DNA of 64,000 nucleotides from NCBI GenBank assembly GCA_024639975.1, contig JAHEFX010000001.1, positions 1,460 to 65,459 of the forward strand, given 5' to 3'. Position numbers and translations under genes: made by a program. Below the pieces are notes generated by a model. The model was not told where the DNA came from. It saw only the letters and a list, made by a program, of their open reading frames with translations, and made no database searches. Position 1 is the first letter of the stretch. Each line of letters begins with the position of its first letter. This document shows, piece by piece, positions 39,854 to 49,927 of the stretch. This DNA is from a bacterium. GTDB taxonomy: Bacteria; Actinomycetota; Acidimicrobiia; Spongiisociales; JAENVV01.

Positions 39854-40722
39854 CCGGCGGATTCGACCCCTGGGTCGGCCTCGTGGTCGGCCTCGTCCTG
39901 GCTGTCGCCGGACTCGCCTGGGGTCGTTGGCGGGAGGCGGCGGCGCATCGACAGTTCGAGCGTGCCGATCAGATGCGTATGGGCTTCGTCAACACGGTCT
40001 CGCATGAGCTCCGGACGCCGCTGACATCGATCGGTGGCTTCGCCTCGACGCTGCGACGCGACTGGTCCGAGCTGTCGGACCAGGACATCGACGAATTTCT
40101 GGACATCATCTGCCGGGAGGTCGATCACCTGTCGACCCTCGTCGAGGACATCCTCGTCGTGCCCAGCCTCGAGTCCGAGAGCCTCGATCTGGAGCCCGAG
40201 GTCATGGACCTGTCCGAGATGGTCGAAGAGCTCGTGGCAGCGGTCTTCGCACCGGGCCACGGCAAGGACCTCGTGATCACCATCCCGGCGGGGATCAAGG
40301 TCTACTCCGACGCCAAGCGGGTCGGTCAGATCGTCCGCAACCTCCTGGCCAACGCTGCGAAGCACGGTGGACGTCAGATCGCGATCGAGGGCCAGTACGT
40401 CGGGACCCACTACGAGCTGGTCGTCAGCGATGACGGTGCCGGGATTCCCCGCGAGTCCCGACGGGCCATCTTCGAGGAGTTCGAGAAGGGGCTCGGCGGT
40501 GACACCCGCTCCGGCGGAATCGGACTGGGTCTACCGATCGCCCAGCGCCTCTCCCGCCAGATGGGCGGCGACCTCTGGTTCGAGCCCCGGTTCCCCGCCG
40601 GGTCCCGCTTCTTCGTCACCTTCCCGCTGTCGGCCGGCGTCTTCGACGGCGGAGGCAGCGTCCCGCCGGGCACCCGCCAGCCCGAGTTCGAGCTCCAGCG
40701 CCCAATGCGCGGGATCGCGTAG
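39850..40722 (+). CDS. Histidine kinase with a single TM anchor and no sensor domain
   Basis: SHELRTPLT, NLLANAAKH, DDGAGI and GIGLGL motifs; GTGA overlap with the CheA hybrid. Confidence 0.9.
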   Translation: MTGGFDPWVGLVVGLVLAVAGLAWGRWREAAAHRQFERADQMRMGFVNTVSHELRTPLTSIGGFASTLRRDWSELSDQDIDEFLDIICREVDHLSTLVEDILVVPSLESESLDLEPEVMDLSEMVEELVAAVFAPGHGKDLVITIPAGIKVYSDAKRVGQIVRNLLANAAKHGGRQIAIEGQYVGTHYELVVSDDGAGIPRESRRAIFEEFEKGLGGDTRSGGIGLGLPIAQRLSRQMGGDLWFEPRFPAGSRFFVTFPLSAGVFDGGGSVPPGTRQPEFELQRPMRGIA

Positions 40723-40881
40723 GCGGCCCCCGCCCGCCGTACCACGCATCTCGTAGCGGCAACCTGCGGTTGCCGTGCGTACCACGAGGGTGAGGGCGGC
40801 CACGTCGAGGTACGAGGTACGTCCGCGGAGCGGACCACACACGTGTAATTCAGTCCTGACCCGGCGGTACCATCGACGGCG

Positions 40882-43182
40882 ATGGACACCCTCTTCCCCG
40901 GCTTGGGGGAGGCCGACGGAGCCGACCCCGCGGACTCGCCGATCTTCGACGGGCTCAACCCTGCCCAGCGAGAAGCCGTCGCGGCCACCGACGGGCCGGT
41001 GCTGGTCGTGGCGGGGGCCGGCTCGGGCAAGACCCGGGTGCTGGCCCACCGGATCGCCCACCTGATCCGCGACCTCGACGCCCACCCGTCAGAGATCCTC
41101 GCCATCACCTTCACCAACAAGGCTGCCAATGAGATGCGTGAGCGCGTCGAGCGGCTCGTCGGCGGCGCCGTCCGCCAGATGTGGGTCTCGACGTTCCACT
41201 CGGCGTGCGTGCGCATCCTTCGTCGAGAGGCGCATCGCTTCGGCTATCGGAGCGGCTTCTCGATCTATGACCAGTCCGACAGCCAACGGCTGATCGCCCA
41301 GTGTCTCAACGCCCTCGACCTGGACAGCAAGAAGTTCCCACCCCGGACGATCCAGGCCCAGATCTCCGCTGCCAAGAACGAGCTCGTGGACTTCGAGTCG
41401 TTCGCCGCCAACGGTTCCGGCTTCTTCCACGAACAGATCGCCGACGTCTACCGGCTCTACCAGCAGCGACTCGTAGAGGCATCGGCGATGGACTTCGACG
41501 ACCTGTTGATGGTCACCGTCGAACTCCTCACCGCCTTTCCCGAGGTCGCCGAGCACTACCAGCGTCGCTTCCGGTACATCCACGTCGACGAGTACCAGGA
41601 CACCAACCACGCCCAGTACCGGCTCGTCGGGCTTCTGGCTGCCAAGCACGGGAACCTCTGCGTCGTCGGTGACTCCGACCAGTCGATCTATGCCTTCCGC
41701 GGGGCCGACATCCGCAACATCCTCGAGTTCGAGAAGGACTACCCGGACGCCCGGATCGTCGTCCTCGACCAGAACTACCGATCGACCCAGAACATCCTCT
41801 CTGCGGCCAACGCAGTGATAGCCCAGAACCAGGGGCGCCGTCCCAAGCACCTCTGGACCGACCAGGGCGATGGCCCGACGATCACCCACTTCCAGGGCGA
41901 GGACGAGCACGACGAGGCCGCCTTCATCGCCGATCGGATCCGTGACCTCACGTCCAACGGACTCACGCTCGACGACATCGCCGTCTTCTACCGCACCAAT
42001 GCCCAGTCCCGAGTGGTGGAAGACGTCTTCAATCGTCGCGGCGTTTCCTACAAGGTGATCGGCGGGGTGCGCTTCTACGACCGCAAGGAGGTCAAGGACG
42101 CGACCTCCTACCTGCGTTGTGTGGTGAACCCCGCAGACCAGGTGGCGCTCAAACGGGTCATCAACGTCCCCAAGCGGTCCATCGGGGCGACGTCGGTGGC
42201 CCACGTCGACCGCTTCGCCGCAGCCGAGGGCATCGGCTTCCACGAAGCCCTCCGCCGGGCCGTCGAGATCGAGGCGTTGACACCCCGGGCCACGCGGGCG
42301 ATCGCCTCATTCGTCGCCATCCTCGACTCGATCGGCGAGGCTGCGGCCGACAAGGGCCCCGCCGCCGCCGTCGACGCCGTGCTCGGGGAGGTCGGCCTCC
42401 TCGCCGACGTCGAGGCCGACGGGAGCATCGAGGCGCTCGGCCGCGGTGAGAACCTCCGGGAACTGGCCAGCGTCGTGCTCGAGTTCGAGGAGATGATGGA
42501 GGGAGCGGTGGTCGACGAGGTCGACTGGTCCGAGCTCGACGGTCTCGACCGGCTGCGCCACTTCCTCGAGGGGGTCTCCCTCGTTGCCGAAGTCGACGAC
42601 CTGGACCCGAGCGCCGGTTCGGTGACCGTCATGACCATCCACAACGCCAAGGGCCTCGAGTACCCGGCGGTCTTCATCGTCGGCATGGAGGACGGCGTCT
42701 TCCCGCACATGCGTTCCTTGGGCGACCCATCCGAGCTCGAGGAGGAGCGGAGGCTCTGCTACGTGGGCATCACCCGGGCCGAGAGGCACCTCTACCTGAC
42801 CCATGCCACGAGCCGGATGCTCTGGGGCGGCCGCAACTACAACCCGAAGAGCCGGTTCCTCGACGAGATCCCCAAGGACCTGATGGAGGAGTCGGGCCGA
42901 CGTCGTCGACACCGACCGACCGAGATGCGACGCGCCCGGACCACCGGGTCGTCGTGGTCTGCGCCACTGCCGCCGCAGACGAAGACGATCGAGGAGAAGG
43001 CAGCCACCGGGGCTGAACCCGGTATCGAGCCCGGCGACCGGGTGGTCCATGACAAGTGGGGGACCGGCCTGGTGCGAGAGATCACGGGGTCGGGCGATCG
43101 AGCCGAGGCGCTGGTCCTCTTCCACGACCATGGACAGAAGCGCCTCCTCCTCGCCTGGGCGCCACTGAAGAAAGCGGACTGA
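40882..43182 (+). CDS. pcrA: ATP-dependent DNA helicase PcrA/UvrD1
   Basis: AGAGSGKT, DEYQDTN, QNYRS, HNAKGLE and EERRLCYVGITRA motifs; C-terminal Tudor-like domain. Confidence 0.96.
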   Translation: MDTLFPGLGEADGADPADSPIFDGLNPAQREAVAATDGPVLVVAGAGSGKTRVLAHRIAHLIRDLDAHPSEILAITFTNKAANEMRERVERLVGGAVRQMWVSTFHSACVRILRREAHRFGYRSGFSIYDQSDSQRLIAQCLNALDLDSKKFPPRTIQAQISAAKNELVDFESFAANGSGFFHEQIADVYRLYQQRLVEASAMDFDDLLMVTVELLTAFPEVAEHYQRRFRYIHVDEYQDTNHAQYRLVGLLAAKHGNLCVVGDSDQSIYAFRGADIRNILEFEKDYPDARIVVLDQNYRSTQNILSAANAVIAQNQGRRPKHLWTDQGDGPTITHFQGEDEHDEAAFIADRIRDLTSNGLTLDDIAVFYRTNAQSRVVEDVFNRRGVSYKVIGGVRFYDRKEVKDATSYLRCVVNPADQVALKRVINVPKRSIGATSVAHVDRFAAAEGIGFHEALRRAVEIEALTPRATRAIASFVAILDSIGEAAADKGPAAAVDAVLGEVGLLADVEADGSIEALGRGENLRELASVVLEFEEMMEGAVVDEVDWSELDGLDRLRHFLEGVSLVAEVDDLDPSAGSVTVMTIHNAKGLEYPAVFIVGMEDGVFPHMRSLGDPSELEEERRLCYVGITRAERHLYLTHATSRMLWGGRNYNPKSRFLDEIPKDLMEESGRRRRHRPTEMRRARTTGSSWSAPLPPQTKTIEEKAATGAEPGIEPGDRVVHDKWGTGLVREITGSGDRAEALVLFHDHGQKRLLLAWAPLKKAD

Positions 43183-43222
43183 GTCCAATTAGGCTCTCCC
43201 GCCCAAGGACTGAAAGGCCTCA

Positions 43223-43600
43223 ATGGAACTGCTCGGAAACCTCTTCTGGACGATGTTCGTCATCTTCTTCTTCGTCGTGTACTTCATGGCGCTGTTCAGC
43301 ATCTTCGGCGACCTCTTCCGCTCGGACATGTCCGGTTGGTCGAAGGCCGGGTGGACCCTCTTCATCTTTGCCATCCCCCTCATCGCCATGCTCATCTACC
43401 TCATCGTCCATGGACGCAAGATGGGCGAGCGGGCTGCTGCCGATGCGGCGAAGCAGCAGGAGGCGATGGACTCCTACATCCGCGACGCCGCCGGCTCATC
43501 GAGCTCGGCGGACGAGATCGCCAAGGCAAAGGACCTGCTCGACCGCGGGGCGATCTCCCAAGAGGAGTTCGACGCCATCAAGGCCAAGGCCCTCGCCTAG
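43223..43600 (+). CDS. PLDc_N + SHOCT domain membrane protein
   Basis: DLFRSDMSGWSKAGW and IAKAKDLLDRGAISQEEFDAIKAK. Confidence 0.88.
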   Translation: MELLGNLFWTMFVIFFFVVYFMALFSIFGDLFRSDMSGWSKAGWTLFIFAIPLIAMLIYLIVHGRKMGERAAADAAKQQEAMDSYIRDAAGSSSSADEIAKAKDLLDRGAISQEEFDAIKAKALA

Positions 43601-43621
43601 GCACCCCACCGCCGACCCGTT

Positions 43622-43653
43622 ACGAAGGCCCCCGGTAGACCGGGGGCCTTCGT
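43622..43653. terminator. Bidirectional stem-loop terminator
   Basis: Perfect 14-bp stem acgaaggcccccgg-taga-ccgggggccttcgt. Confidence 0.75.
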
Positions 43654-43902
43654 CGTGGTCGGGTCCGTCCAGACGAGCTGGCAGAGACCGCGACCACGAC
43701 CACCAACGTGACCCGCGAATGGACCACGATCATGACCAACGTAGGGGCGACCGTCGCCGCTGCGATGTTGCGCTCGGCGCTCCCGAGCGCCTCACCCAGC
43801 GCTCGACGCGGCCCTTCCTCCTACTCGAACCCGGACCCGCCTTGGCAACACATGGAGTCGGTCCTTCGTCGGGGGTAGGTGCAAAGCAGGGGCGGGCACC
43901 AC

Positions 43903-44100
43903 TCAGGCATCGTCGGATCCTCGGTCTTCCGAGGTTCCGGATGCGGCGGAGCGGGCACTCCAGACCAGCAGGGCGATGGCTGCCAGAAGGACGAGCCACG
44001 CCCAATCGGCGCTTCCGCTGGTCGCCATCATGACCCACGAGTAGATCGCGATCAGCACGAGACCGGCGATTCCCGCAGCGAGTGGGCCTCGGTTCGGCAT
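43903..44100 (-). CDS. Small 2-TM membrane protein (65 aa)
   Basis: MPNRGPLAAGIAGLVLIAIYSW...; GAGGAGG RBS. Confidence 0.65.
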   Translation of the reverse strand: MPNRGPLAAGIAGLVLIAIYSWVMMATSGSADWAWLVLLAAIALLVWSARSAASGTSEDRGSDDA

Positions 44101-44161
44101 GGACCCCTCCTCGTCGTCGAAGGTTCTCGAAGCTACCCTCCCGGCTCCCCGGCGCCGTCGC

Positions 44162-45160
44162 CTACGGCGTGATCGGTCCCCATCGAGATTCGTCGACCGA
44201 GACGACCCGGTGGGAGCCCGACAGGCCCTTGAGGGAGACCATGCGCGGGGACTCGAAGACCAGGCCCTCGGAGGTCCCGATGAGTTCCTCGACCACGGCG
44301 GAGGCGAGGATCTCCCCACCTTCGGCGATCGAGGCAACGCGTGCCGCCTTGTTCACCGTGACCCCGAGGAGGTCGCCCTCATCCCGGACGACTTCGCCGG
44401 CATGCATCCCGGTTCGGACGGTGAACGCTTGCCCGGTCGACTCCCGAATCGCCAGGGCGGCCCGCGCCGCCGAGCGAGCGGACCTGAAGGCAAGCATCGC
44501 GCCATCGCCCATCATCTTCACGACCGTGCCGTGGTGCCGGTCGGTGATCCGACGGATGTCCGCCTCGTGGTCCTTCCACAGCTTGATCCAGTTGGCATCG
44601 CCCATCTGCTCGGTCAGCACGGTCGAGTCCACGATGTCCGTGATCACGATCGTGGAGGTGCCCCTGGCCCGGTCCAGCGTCCCCAGCGCCCCGGTGTCCT
44701 CGGCGACCGCGTTGAGTAGGCCGTCAATCGTCGTCGTCAGCTCGACACCGAACGCCCGGACGTTGGGCGTGGGGATGGACGAGTGCCATTGGATGACCCG
44801 CCAGGCTCCCGCCTCCAACACGAGAACGGCCGTCGCCCGGAGGCGGACGCCGCCTCCCGGCGAGTCGACGGTCAGGAGCACCGATGCCCAGCCGACGTTG
44901 CCGTCCTCGAATGCATCGACCCGCTCGAGTGTCGCCTCGGACTGGTCCCAATCCTGCGCCACCAGCTCCTCCGCCTGCACCTGGCGCACTCGCAAGAACG
45001 ATTCCGCGCTCTCCCAGAACTCATCTGCATCCGTTCCGATCGCCCTGAAGGGCGCAGTCCTCGATATCTGGTTCGAGTACGTGTCGAAGTCCCTGGCTGC
45101 CCACGCCTCGCCGATGCGACGGATGACCGAGGCGATCTCGGGTGACTCACGAACAGCCAT
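44162..45160 (-). CDS. SnoaL/NTF2-like domain + class III adenylate cyclase
   Basis: N-terminal IGTDADEFW...WRVIQWHSS; cyclase motifs TDIVDST, VKMMGDG and DLLGVTVNKAARV. Confidence 0.87.
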   Translation of the reverse strand: MAVRESPEIASVIRRIGEAWAARDFDTYSNQISRTAPFRAIGTDADEFWESAESFLRVRQVQAEELVAQDWDQSEATLERVDAFEDGNVGWASVLLTVDSPGGGVRLRATAVLVLEAGAWRVIQWHSSIPTPNVRAFGVELTTTIDGLLNAVAEDTGALGTLDRARGTSTIVITDIVDSTVLTEQMGDANWIKLWKDHEADIRRITDRHHGTVVKMMGDGAMLAFRSARSAARAALAIRESTGQAFTVRTGMHAGEVVRDEGDLLGVTVNKAARVASIAEGGEILASAVVEELIGTSEGLVFESPRMVSLKGLSGSHRVVSVDESRWGPITP

Positions 45161-45224
45161 GGGCCGACACTAGGGAGTGCCCCGGCCCGAACGGGTGCCG
45201 AGTGCTCTACCCTCACGCACCGTC

Positions 45225-45617
45225 ATGCCGAGACGGATCCTCATCGCCAAACCGGGCCTCGACGGCCACGACCGGGGTGCCAAGGTCATTGCCCGGGCGC
45301 TGCGCGATGCCGGGAACGAGGTGATCTACACCGGACTCCACCAGACGCCCGGCCAGATCGTCGAGGCGGCCTCGCAGGAGGATGTCGACGCCATCGGGCT
45401 CTCCGTGCTCTCCGGCGCCCACAACACCTTGTTCCCGAAGGTCGTCGAGCTCCTCCGCGCCCGGGACATGGCCGACGTCCTCGTCTTCGGCGGCGGCATC
45501 ATCCCCGAGACCGACATCCCCGGCCTCAAGGAGGCCGGTCTCGCCGAGGTCTTCACCCCCGGCACACCCCTCACCACGATCACCGACTGGGTCGAGACGA
45601 ACGTCCAGGCCCACTGA
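45225..45617 (+). CDS. Cobalamin-binding subunit of an acyl-CoA (methylmalonyl-CoA) mutase
   Basis: [12 protein letters not shown] (DxHxxG motif), SVLSGAH and GGGIIP. Confidence 0.93.
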   Translation: MPRRILIAKPGLDGHDRGAKVIARALRDAGNEVIYTGLHQTPGQIVEAASQEDVDAIGLSVLSGAHNTLFPKVVELLRARDMADVLVFGGGIIPETDIPGLKEAGLAEVFTPGTPLTTITDWVETNVQAH

Positions 45618-45635
45618 GCCACCACCGGAGCAGTC

Positions 45636-46859
45636 ATGAAGATCCACGAGTACCAAGCCAAGGAACTGATGGCCGGCCGGGGCATCCCCGTTCCGCTCGG
45701 AAGGATGGTCACCACGGTCGAGGAGGCCAGGGCCGCCGTGGCACCCCTCATCGGCGAGAGCGGGAACCCGGTGGTGGTCGTCAAGAGTCAGATCCACGCC
45801 GGTGGTCGTGGCAAGGGCCGGTTCGTGGAGCACCCGGACCTCGGTGGCGTCACCGTCGTGACGGACGGCATCTCCGGTGGCGTCGGGGCAGCCGAGGAAG
45901 CCGTGGCCGGACTCGCCGAGCAGATGCTGGGCTCGACGCTCGTCACCATCCAGACCGGCTCCGAGGGCAAGGTCGTCAACCGCCTCTACATCGAGCAGGG
46001 GATCGACATCGACCGTGAGCTCTACCTCTCGGTGCTGCTGGACCGCGCTCGCTCCCGACACATCGTGATGGCTTCCACCGAGGGCGGCACCGAGATCGAG
46101 GTCGTCGCCGAGGAGACCCCCGAAAAGATCCTGAAAGAGGAGATCGACCCGGCCGTCGGCCTCCTCCCCTTCCAGGCCGCACGCCTCGCTGCCGGCCTCG
46201 GCCTCGAGGGCGACGCCGGCAAGAACGGCGCACGGTTCATGAGCGCCCTCGCCGAGGCAGCAGTCGACTGGGACTCCGACCTCATCGAGATCAACCCGCT
46301 CGTCGTCACCACCGAAGGCGCCGTCATGGCGCTCGACGGGAAGATGGGCTTCGACTCGAACGCCCTCTTCCGGCACCCGGATGTGGAGGCGATGCGCGAC
46401 GAGTCGGAGGAGGACCCGGCCGAGCTGGAGGCCTCCGAGTTCGACCTGTCGTTCATCTCCCTCGACGGGACCATCGGATGCATGGTCAACGGCGCCGGTC
46501 TCGCCATGGCGACGATGGACGTCATCAAGTACGTGGGCGGCGAGCCGGCCAACTTCCTCGACGTGGGCGGTGGCGCCACGGCCGACAAGGTCACGGCGGC
46601 ATTCAAGATCATCACCAAGGACCCGAACGTGAAGGGCATCTTCGTGAACATCTTCGGTGGGATCATGCGGTGCGACACGATTGCGACCGGCGTGGTCCAG
46701 GCCGTCCAAGAGGTCGGGCTCGAGGTGCCGCTGGTCGTCCGGCTGGAGGGCACGAACGTCGAGCTCGGACGCCAGATCATCGCCGAGTCGGGCCTGAACG
46801 TCGTCACCGCCGACGACATGAAGGACGGGGCCGCCAAGATCGTGGAGCTGAGCGCATGA
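45636..46859 (+). CDS. sucC: Succinyl-CoA synthetase beta subunit
   Basis: [28 protein letters not shown] and [10 protein letters not shown] motifs. Confidence 0.96.
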   Translation: MKIHEYQAKELMAGRGIPVPLGRMVTTVEEARAAVAPLIGESGNPVVVVKSQIHAGGRGKGRFVEHPDLGGVTVVTDGISGGVGAAEEAVAGLAEQMLGSTLVTIQTGSEGKVVNRLYIEQGIDIDRELYLSVLLDRARSRHIVMASTEGGTEIEVVAEETPEKILKEEIDPAVGLLPFQAARLAAGLGLEGDAGKNGARFMSALAEAAVDWDSDLIEINPLVVTTEGAVMALDGKMGFDSNALFRHPDVEAMRDESEEDPAELEASEFDLSFISLDGTIGCMVNGAGLAMATMDVIKYVGGEPANFLDVGGGATADKVTAAFKIITKDPNVKGIFVNIFGGIMRCDTIATGVVQAVQEVGLEVPLVVRLEGTNVELGRQIIAESGLNVVTADDMKDGAAKIVELSA

Positions 46860-47794
46860 GCGTGCTGATCGACAAAGACACCAAGGTCATCGTCCAGGGC
46901 ATGGGCCGCACCGGCCAGTTCCATGCGGACAAGTCCATCGCCTACGGCACGAATATCGTGGGCGGTGTCCACCCGTCGAAGGCGGGGACGACCCTGTCGT
47001 TCTCCGGTGAGACCGACCACTCGGGCGTCCCCGGCCGTCCGGACACCTATGAGGTGGAGGTGCCCATCTTCGGCACCGTCCGAGATGCCAAGAAGACGAC
47101 GGGCGCCGATGCGACCGTCGTCTTCGTCCCGCCGCCGTTCGCCGCCGACGCGATCATGGAAGCCGCCGAGGCAGGCATCGAGCTGATCATCTGCGTGACC
47201 GAGGGGATCCCCGTCAACGACATGGTGCGAGCCAAGCGGTACCTGGAGGACAAGCCGGTCCGCCTCGTCGGACCCAACTGCCCCGGTGTGATCACGCCCA
47301 AGGAGTGCCGGATCGGGATCATGCCCGGCTACATCCACACGCCGGGTCGGATCGGGGTGGTCTCCCGCTCGGGCACCCTCACCTACGAGGCGGTCCACCA
47401 GCTCACCAACAACGGGCTCGGTCAGACGACCGCCATCGGTATCGGCGGTGACCCGGTCAACGGCACCAACTTCATCGACTGCCTGGCGTTGTTCAACGAC
47501 GACCCCGAGACCGAGGGCGTCATCATGATCGGTGAGATCGGCGGCACGGCCGAGGAAGAGGCCGCTGCCTGGATCACCGAGAACATGACCAAGCCGGTTG
47601 CTGGGTTCATCGCCGGCACCACCGCGCCTCCTGGAAAGCGGATGGGGCACGCCGGGGCAATCATCTCGGGAGGGATGGGGACCGCCGACGCCAAGATCGC
47701 CGCTCTCGAGGCGGCGGGCGTGGTGGTGGCACCCACCCCGACCGACATGGGATCGGCGATGTTGGAGGCGCTGGAGAAGGCCGGCATCTCCTGA
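46856..47794 (+). CDS. sucD: Succinyl-CoA synthetase alpha subunit
   Basis: [15 protein letters not shown] and MGHAGA motifs; ATGA overlap with sucC. Confidence 0.96.
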   Translation: MSVLIDKDTKVIVQGMGRTGQFHADKSIAYGTNIVGGVHPSKAGTTLSFSGETDHSGVPGRPDTYEVEVPIFGTVRDAKKTTGADATVVFVPPPFAADAIMEAAEAGIELIICVTEGIPVNDMVRAKRYLEDKPVRLVGPNCPGVITPKECRIGIMPGYIHTPGRIGVVSRSGTLTYEAVHQLTNNGLGQTTAIGIGGDPVNGTNFIDCLALFNDDPETEGVIMIGEIGGTAEEEAAAWITENMTKPVAGFIAGTTAPPGKRMGHAGAIISGGMGTADAKIAALEAAGVVVAPTPTDMGSAMLEALEKAGIS

Positions 47795-48387
47795 GCGGGC
47801 TGCTCTCGGCCGTTGCCCTCGGCGTCGGATCCGGGCTGGCCCCCGGCCCGCTCCACTCCCTCATCCTGACCACGGCGCTCGAGCGGGGTCCGCGGGCGGG
47901 CGTCCGCGTCGCTTTCGCCCCGTTGTTGTCCGACATCGTCCCGGTGACCGTCTCCCTCGTGGCGGCGTCTCTCATGGACGACACGGCCGTGCGGGTCGTC
48001 TCGGTGGTCGGGGGCTTGGCCCTCGTCACGATGGCGCTGCGGTCGCTCCGGGAGCAGCCGGAACAGGCACCGCGTCGGTCGGCGTCGGGCGACTACCTGC
48101 GTGGCGCGGTGACGAACATCCTCAACCCGAACGCCTGGATCTTCTGGCTCGGCGCCGGGGCGCCGCTCCTGGCCGGCGTCTTCGAGGACGGCGCCTGGGC
48201 AGGAGCTGGGTGGGTGGGGCTGTTCTACCTCGGCCTCGTCGGCACCAAGGTCGTGTTCGCCGTCGCCGTTGGACGAGCGGGCGAGATGCTCGGCGAACGT
48301 GCCTTGCGCAGCCTGACGATCGCGTCGGTCGTCCTGATGGCGGGTGTCGGCGTGTGGTTGGTCGTCGAGGGCCTACGGGGCCAGTAG
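47791..48387 (+). CDS. LysE-family translocator (probable CTG start)
   Basis: [12 protein letters not shown]... lies upstream of the first canonical start; [11 protein letters not shown] motif. Confidence 0.8.
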   Translation: MSGLLSAVALGVGSGLAPGPLHSLILTTALERGPRAGVRVAFAPLLSDIVPVTVSLVAASLMDDTAVRVVSVVGGLALVTMALRSLREQPEQAPRRSASGDYLRGAVTNILNPNAWIFWLGAGAPLLAGVFEDGAWAGAGWVGLFYLGLVGTKVVFAVAVGRAGEMLGERALRSLTIASVVLMAGVGVWLVVEGLRGQ

Positions 48388-48786
48388 CTCGAGCCGCTCG
48401 GAGAACACGGTGTCGCCGGCCAGCCAGGCGTCGACCGGCACCACGAGGCGGGAACCGTTCCAGCACCCGTCCTCGGCTCCGGGGATCGGGGCGCAGAGCC
48501 GTGCCACGGTCTGGGCGGAGGCGATCGTCACCGTGCGGCCGGCATCGATGGCTGCCCCCACACAGTCGGCGTCGAGGCCGAGTCCTTCCTCGATCCCGAC
48601 CGACTCGCCGGTGATGCGACCGGTGGGGTCCCGGTCCCCGGTGGTGCAGCGGGCTCCGACGGACTCGGAGACGGTCGGGGCGACGACCACGCGCTCTTCT
48701 GCCGTTTCCGACGACGCGGAAGCGGTATTGAGGCTGTAGACGGCGCCGATGGCGATGAGTGCGACGAGGGCGAGGACGGTGCGCAC
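48373..48786 (-). CDS. Hypothetical secreted or membrane-anchored protein with 4 Cys
   Basis: Signal-like MRTVLALVALIAIGAVY; TACGCT -10 lies 7 nt upstream. Confidence 0.6.
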   Translation of the reverse strand: MRTVLALVALIAIGAVYSLNTASASSETAEERVVVAPTVSESVGARCTTGDRDPTGRITGESVGIEEGLGLDADCVGAAIDAGRTVTIASAQTVARLCAPIPGAEDGCWNGSRLVVPVDAWLAGDTVFSERLELLAP

Positions 48787-48823
48787 GTCGCGCAGCGTAC
48801 CGCTGCCCGCGGGTTGTCTGGAA

Positions 48824-49867
48824 TCATTCCAGATTGGCGGGCCGGGTTCGTTCGGCGAGGCGTTCACGAACCCCGGTACGGAGCGATGACGGTCCGAAGA
48901 TGACTTCCGAGGCGGCGCGGCCGATCTCGTGGAAGTCGGACGGTTCCCAGGCGAACGTCGTCGCCAGGAGGCGGTACTCGCCGGACATCGATGTCCGGCT
49001 CATGAGCCGGTTGTCCGGGCTCACCGTCACCACGAACCCAGCCCTGCGCAGCAGGTCGATGGGGTGGTCGACCACGGCCATCCCGGTCGTGTGCGTGTTG
49101 GAGATGGGGCAGACCTCGAGGGGGATCCGACCTTCGTGGACCCGGCGTGCGATCGGACCCAGATCGACGATCTCGCCGTCCGACACGGTGCAGTCGTCGA
49201 TGACCCGGAACCCGTGTCCGATTCGCTGGGCGCCGCAGTCGAGGGCGTCGAGGATCGACCGCGGCCCAGCCGCCTCGCCGGCATGGATGGTCAGGCCCAG
49301 GCCGGCCCCGAGCACCGTGTCACATGCCTTCCGATGTCGGCTCGCCGGGTGCCCGGCCTCCGGACCCGCCAGGTCGAACCCGACGACGCCGAGGTCGGCG
49401 GCGGCGATCGCCACCTCGGCCGCAGCGGCGGAGTCGGATTCCTGGCGCATGGCGTCGACGATGAGCCCCCAGGTGGTCCCGGTCTGGGCCTCGGCTCGAC
49501 GGAACCCCGCCACCGCCGCTGCGATTGCATCGGAACGACTCATCGAACCCTTGGTGAGCAAGGAGGGGGCGAACCGCGACTCGAGGTGGATGACACCGTC
49601 GGAAGCGGCGTCGACCAACGACTCGTAGGCGACCCGTTCCACCGCCTCGGGGTGCTGCATCACACCCACGGTGTGGTCGAAGGCCTCGAGGTACCGCTCG
49701 AGTGATCCGGAGAGGCCCTGGTCGAACCATTGCTCGAGGGCGTCGACGTCGCTGGTGGGGAGCTTCGCGTATCCGTACTCGGCTGCCAGCTCGACGATCG
49801 TGGCCGGCCGCAAACCCCCATCGAGGTGGTCGTGCAGCACCACCTTCGGGAGCGATGCGAAGTCCAT
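48824..49867 (-). CDS. add: Adenosine deaminase
   Basis: LHDHLDGG, GFDLAGPE, HAGE, RIGHG and CPISN motifs. Confidence 0.94.
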   Translation of the reverse strand: MDFASLPKVVLHDHLDGGLRPATIVELAAEYGYAKLPTSDVDALEQWFDQGLSGSLERYLEAFDHTVGVMQHPEAVERVAYESLVDAASDGVIHLESRFAPSLLTKGSMSRSDAIAAAVAGFRRAEAQTGTTWGLIVDAMRQESDSAAAAEVAIAAADLGVVGFDLAGPEAGHPASRHRKACDTVLGAGLGLTIHAGEAAGPRSILDALDCGAQRIGHGFRVIDDCTVSDGEIVDLGPIARRVHEGRIPLEVCPISNTHTTGMAVVDHPIDLLRRAGFVVTVSPDNRLMSRTSMSGEYRLLATTFAWEPSDFHEIGRAASEVIFGPSSLRTGVRERLAERTRPANLE

Positions 49868-49927
49868 GCACGGACGCTAGGCGGTCGCGGTGGCGAGGGA
49901 TCCGGCCGGTCCTAGGCTGCCGCCCGC

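Noticed and set aside
49868..49927. ZTP or purine riboswitch before purN-purH, and leaders of guaA and trpS
   Set aside because: The intergenic regions are about 60-70 bp and are filled by promoters; no riboswitch or T-box consensus recognised.
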